Source: Neodothiora populina
Lineage: Eukaryota
NCBI RefSeq assembly: GCF_041146345.1
Contig: NW_027191413.1
Location: 1,178,001 to 1,242,000, forward strand
DNA: 64,000 bases
Direction: 5' to 3'
Both the position numbers and the translations under genes were made by a program. Shown here in pieces: positions 62,045 through 64,000 of the stretch (its first letter is position 1; each line of letters begins with the position of its first letter). Below the pieces are notes generated by a model that was given only the letters and a program-made list of their open reading frames with translations, did no database searches and was not told where the DNA came from.

Positions 62045-63485
62045 GCGAGTCGTGACAGACCATCTCGTAGGACGAAGGCGCAAGCTTCAATGTAAAAAAT
62101 ATATGTTTCGATCATGCGCAAGGAGGAATCTTGCATCTTGGCGTATCTGGTGGGAATTACCATTGTAGGACACATAATCTACAGACATGAATTTGCCATC
62201 ACTGTCGTCAACTCCCCTCTGACTTGACACAATCCCATCCTTATTGAACTGGATCTCACATCTGCACCTAGAACATCGATCGATAAACTATTTTGTTAGC
62301 TCCGCAGGCGCATTTCTCTTTTCATGATGCACCAAGAACACGTCCACATTGACAATTCTCTGCCGCTCTCCATCGAGCAAAATCATCTTCATCAGCCCCG
62401 CGAATGTATCCTTTCCTGTGGCAATAATGCGCACCTCGGTCGTTGCACTCTAATGCGTCAAAGCGAGAGCCATGGAGTCTAGAGACCATGCCCACATCTT
62501 TGACATTGGAGGCGTACTGTGACCCTTCACTTACCGGAGGCTCGATCACCTTCGAAAGTGACTTTCTGCGAGAGTGCGGTATGCGAGGACCACCCTCCTA
62601 TACTTCTATGCTCACTCGAGCCTTGCCATGCTCAATAGAGGCATTCACTGCACGCGATCTCGTCGACTTTTGAGCCCTAGTCAACGTCAAGAGATAACCC
62701 TTTCGTCTACCACGTTATCCACTTCCCCGCTCATGACGAACAAGTGCCGGCCAAGAATGCCTCCATATGACACCGTCTTGAGACAGTGTCGTGCGAACTT
62801 ACACGCTAATATACATCGCGGTATTGCACTTGTAACATCATTTGGCGTTGTCGGCTTACCTCCTAAGGAATAGACACGGTGGGGCCCCGGGCAGGCGCGC
62901 TTTCTCCACGTTTCGACATCCGCAAGATTTACCTCTCACTTTTGCACATGATGGAATCGAAAAAGACCGCGAAATGACCGATGCGTCCTGCCCTGTTCTC
63001 TATCTCTCCTCAGATGAACATTCAATATAGCAATACACACACACGCCAGCTCGCTATCGCATGCATTTGACAATATATCCTAGAGATGCAGATAATAAAT
63101 CATGTGCCGGAGGAGTCGGGCTGCACGCAACGCCCTCGCCGTCCTGATCTAGTCCAGACTTGGTTTAGTTTTCTACTTATGCCTTCATCTAGAACGGTTC
63201 GAAAGGAGGGTGAAATAAACCTTGAAAGGCTTGACAAAGCAAGCGTAGCCGCCAGGAACCGCGTCGAAAAGCGAGCGGTCGGATGGGAGGGAGCAAGAAA
63301 ACAACAACTTCCCCCGGCCTTTGAACTTCTTCATGTCAAGCCCTTGCAAACGCCGAAACTTGATCTGCTGACCACACGCCTCACAACGTCGGTATATCAA
63401 TGTACCGCTCTCTGTACTCTATTTGCTTCTGATCGACAAGGATCTCCCCAGATTTAGCTCCACAATCACAAGAACGCCCTGCTGA

Positions 63486-63504
63486 CCCCCCCGCAAACGT
63501 GGGG
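63486..63504. promoter_or_regulatory. Inverted pair of CreA-type SYGGRG sites upstream of the alpha-glucoside permease
   Basis: CCCCCCCGC-AAAC-GTGGGG, consistent with carbon catabolite repression of a maltose permease (inferred). Confidence 0.35.
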
Positions 63505-63636
63505 AATTGCCACACAAACCTTTGGGTTGATTGTCGACCTATCTGCATAAGCCCTTGCAGATACGCTTGGTACAGAGTAAGCATTGAGTTGTGTCGGCGG
63601 TAGGATTCCGAGGGACCTATCGGACCCCATATAGAT

Positions 63637-64000
63637 ATGGATTACCACTCGGATGGTCGTCCATTTCCCTCATCACGCTCGTCTTCGCTCGACATATCAG
63701 CACCTCAACAACCTGCAGAGATTGGCATTGCGGCGCCAGGACAGACTACGAACTCATCGACAATGGCTGGAGGCATTGGACATGAACCTCTTCACTTTCC
63801 CGAGAAGGATGAGCTCGACCGAAGTGCCACCAATGACAAGTTGGTGCATGATGCCAGGCTCGCAACAAACAAGGAGCACAACATGACCCTGCTTCAAGGC
63901 ATCAAGCTCTATCCCAAGGCCATCTGCTGGTCTCTCCTCATCTCTACCTGTATTGCCATGGAAGGGTACGATGTTTGTTTACTCGGAAACTTCTATGCTT
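63637..64000 (+). CDS. Maltose/alpha-glucoside permease (MFS sugar porter), 5' part only
   Basis: Frame open to the window end: ...DARLATNKEHNMTLLQGIKLYPKAICWSLLISTCIAMEGYDVCLLGNFYA, the typical MAL-permease N-terminus. The start is either ATG 63637 or ATG 63763. Confidence 0.88.
   Translation, partial: MDYHSDGRPFPSSRSSSLDISAPQQPAEIGIAAPGQTTNSSTMAGGIGHEPLHFPEKDELDRSATNDKLVHDARLATNKEHNMTLLQGIKLYPKAICWSLLISTCIAMEGYDVCLLGNFYA

Overview
Intron-containing fungal DNA. GT-AG introns with CTRAY branch points and the protein families present point to a filamentous ascomycete (Pezizomycotina); the lineage is inferred. About 18 protein-coding genes can be reconstructed, in order: a very large secreted repeat protein running off the left edge (missed by the ORF track), TOM40, a PFK-2/FBPase-2-like protein with a degenerate phosphatase domain, GTPBP1-like GTPase, a MYND-finger protein, MOD5 tRNA isopentenyltransferase, CAF16, a PQ-loop vacuolar transporter, an AmdX/Adr1-type C2H2 transcription factor, a small membrane protein, a hexose transporter, a JMJD7-like JmjC protein, IMP1-like peptidase, ENP1/bystin, BRE2/ASH2, an unexplained coding-like region directly after BRE2, VPS38/UVRAG, MHR1, and the start of a maltose/alpha-glucoside permease at the right edge. 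Three gene-poor stretches lie at about 4.1-9.4, 29.1-39.0 and 42.4-48.8 kb. I found no tRNA, rRNA, CRISPR array or intact transposon. The most notable observations are (1) the BRE2/ASH2 stop codon is followed by 377 more in-frame open codons (readthrough, splicing or fusion candidate), (2) the three-module repeat architecture of the secreted protein, (3) dual in-frame ATGs in MOD5, and (4) an enriched TACWGTA motif in the long upstream regions. All splice models were read by eye and need RNA-seq confirmation.
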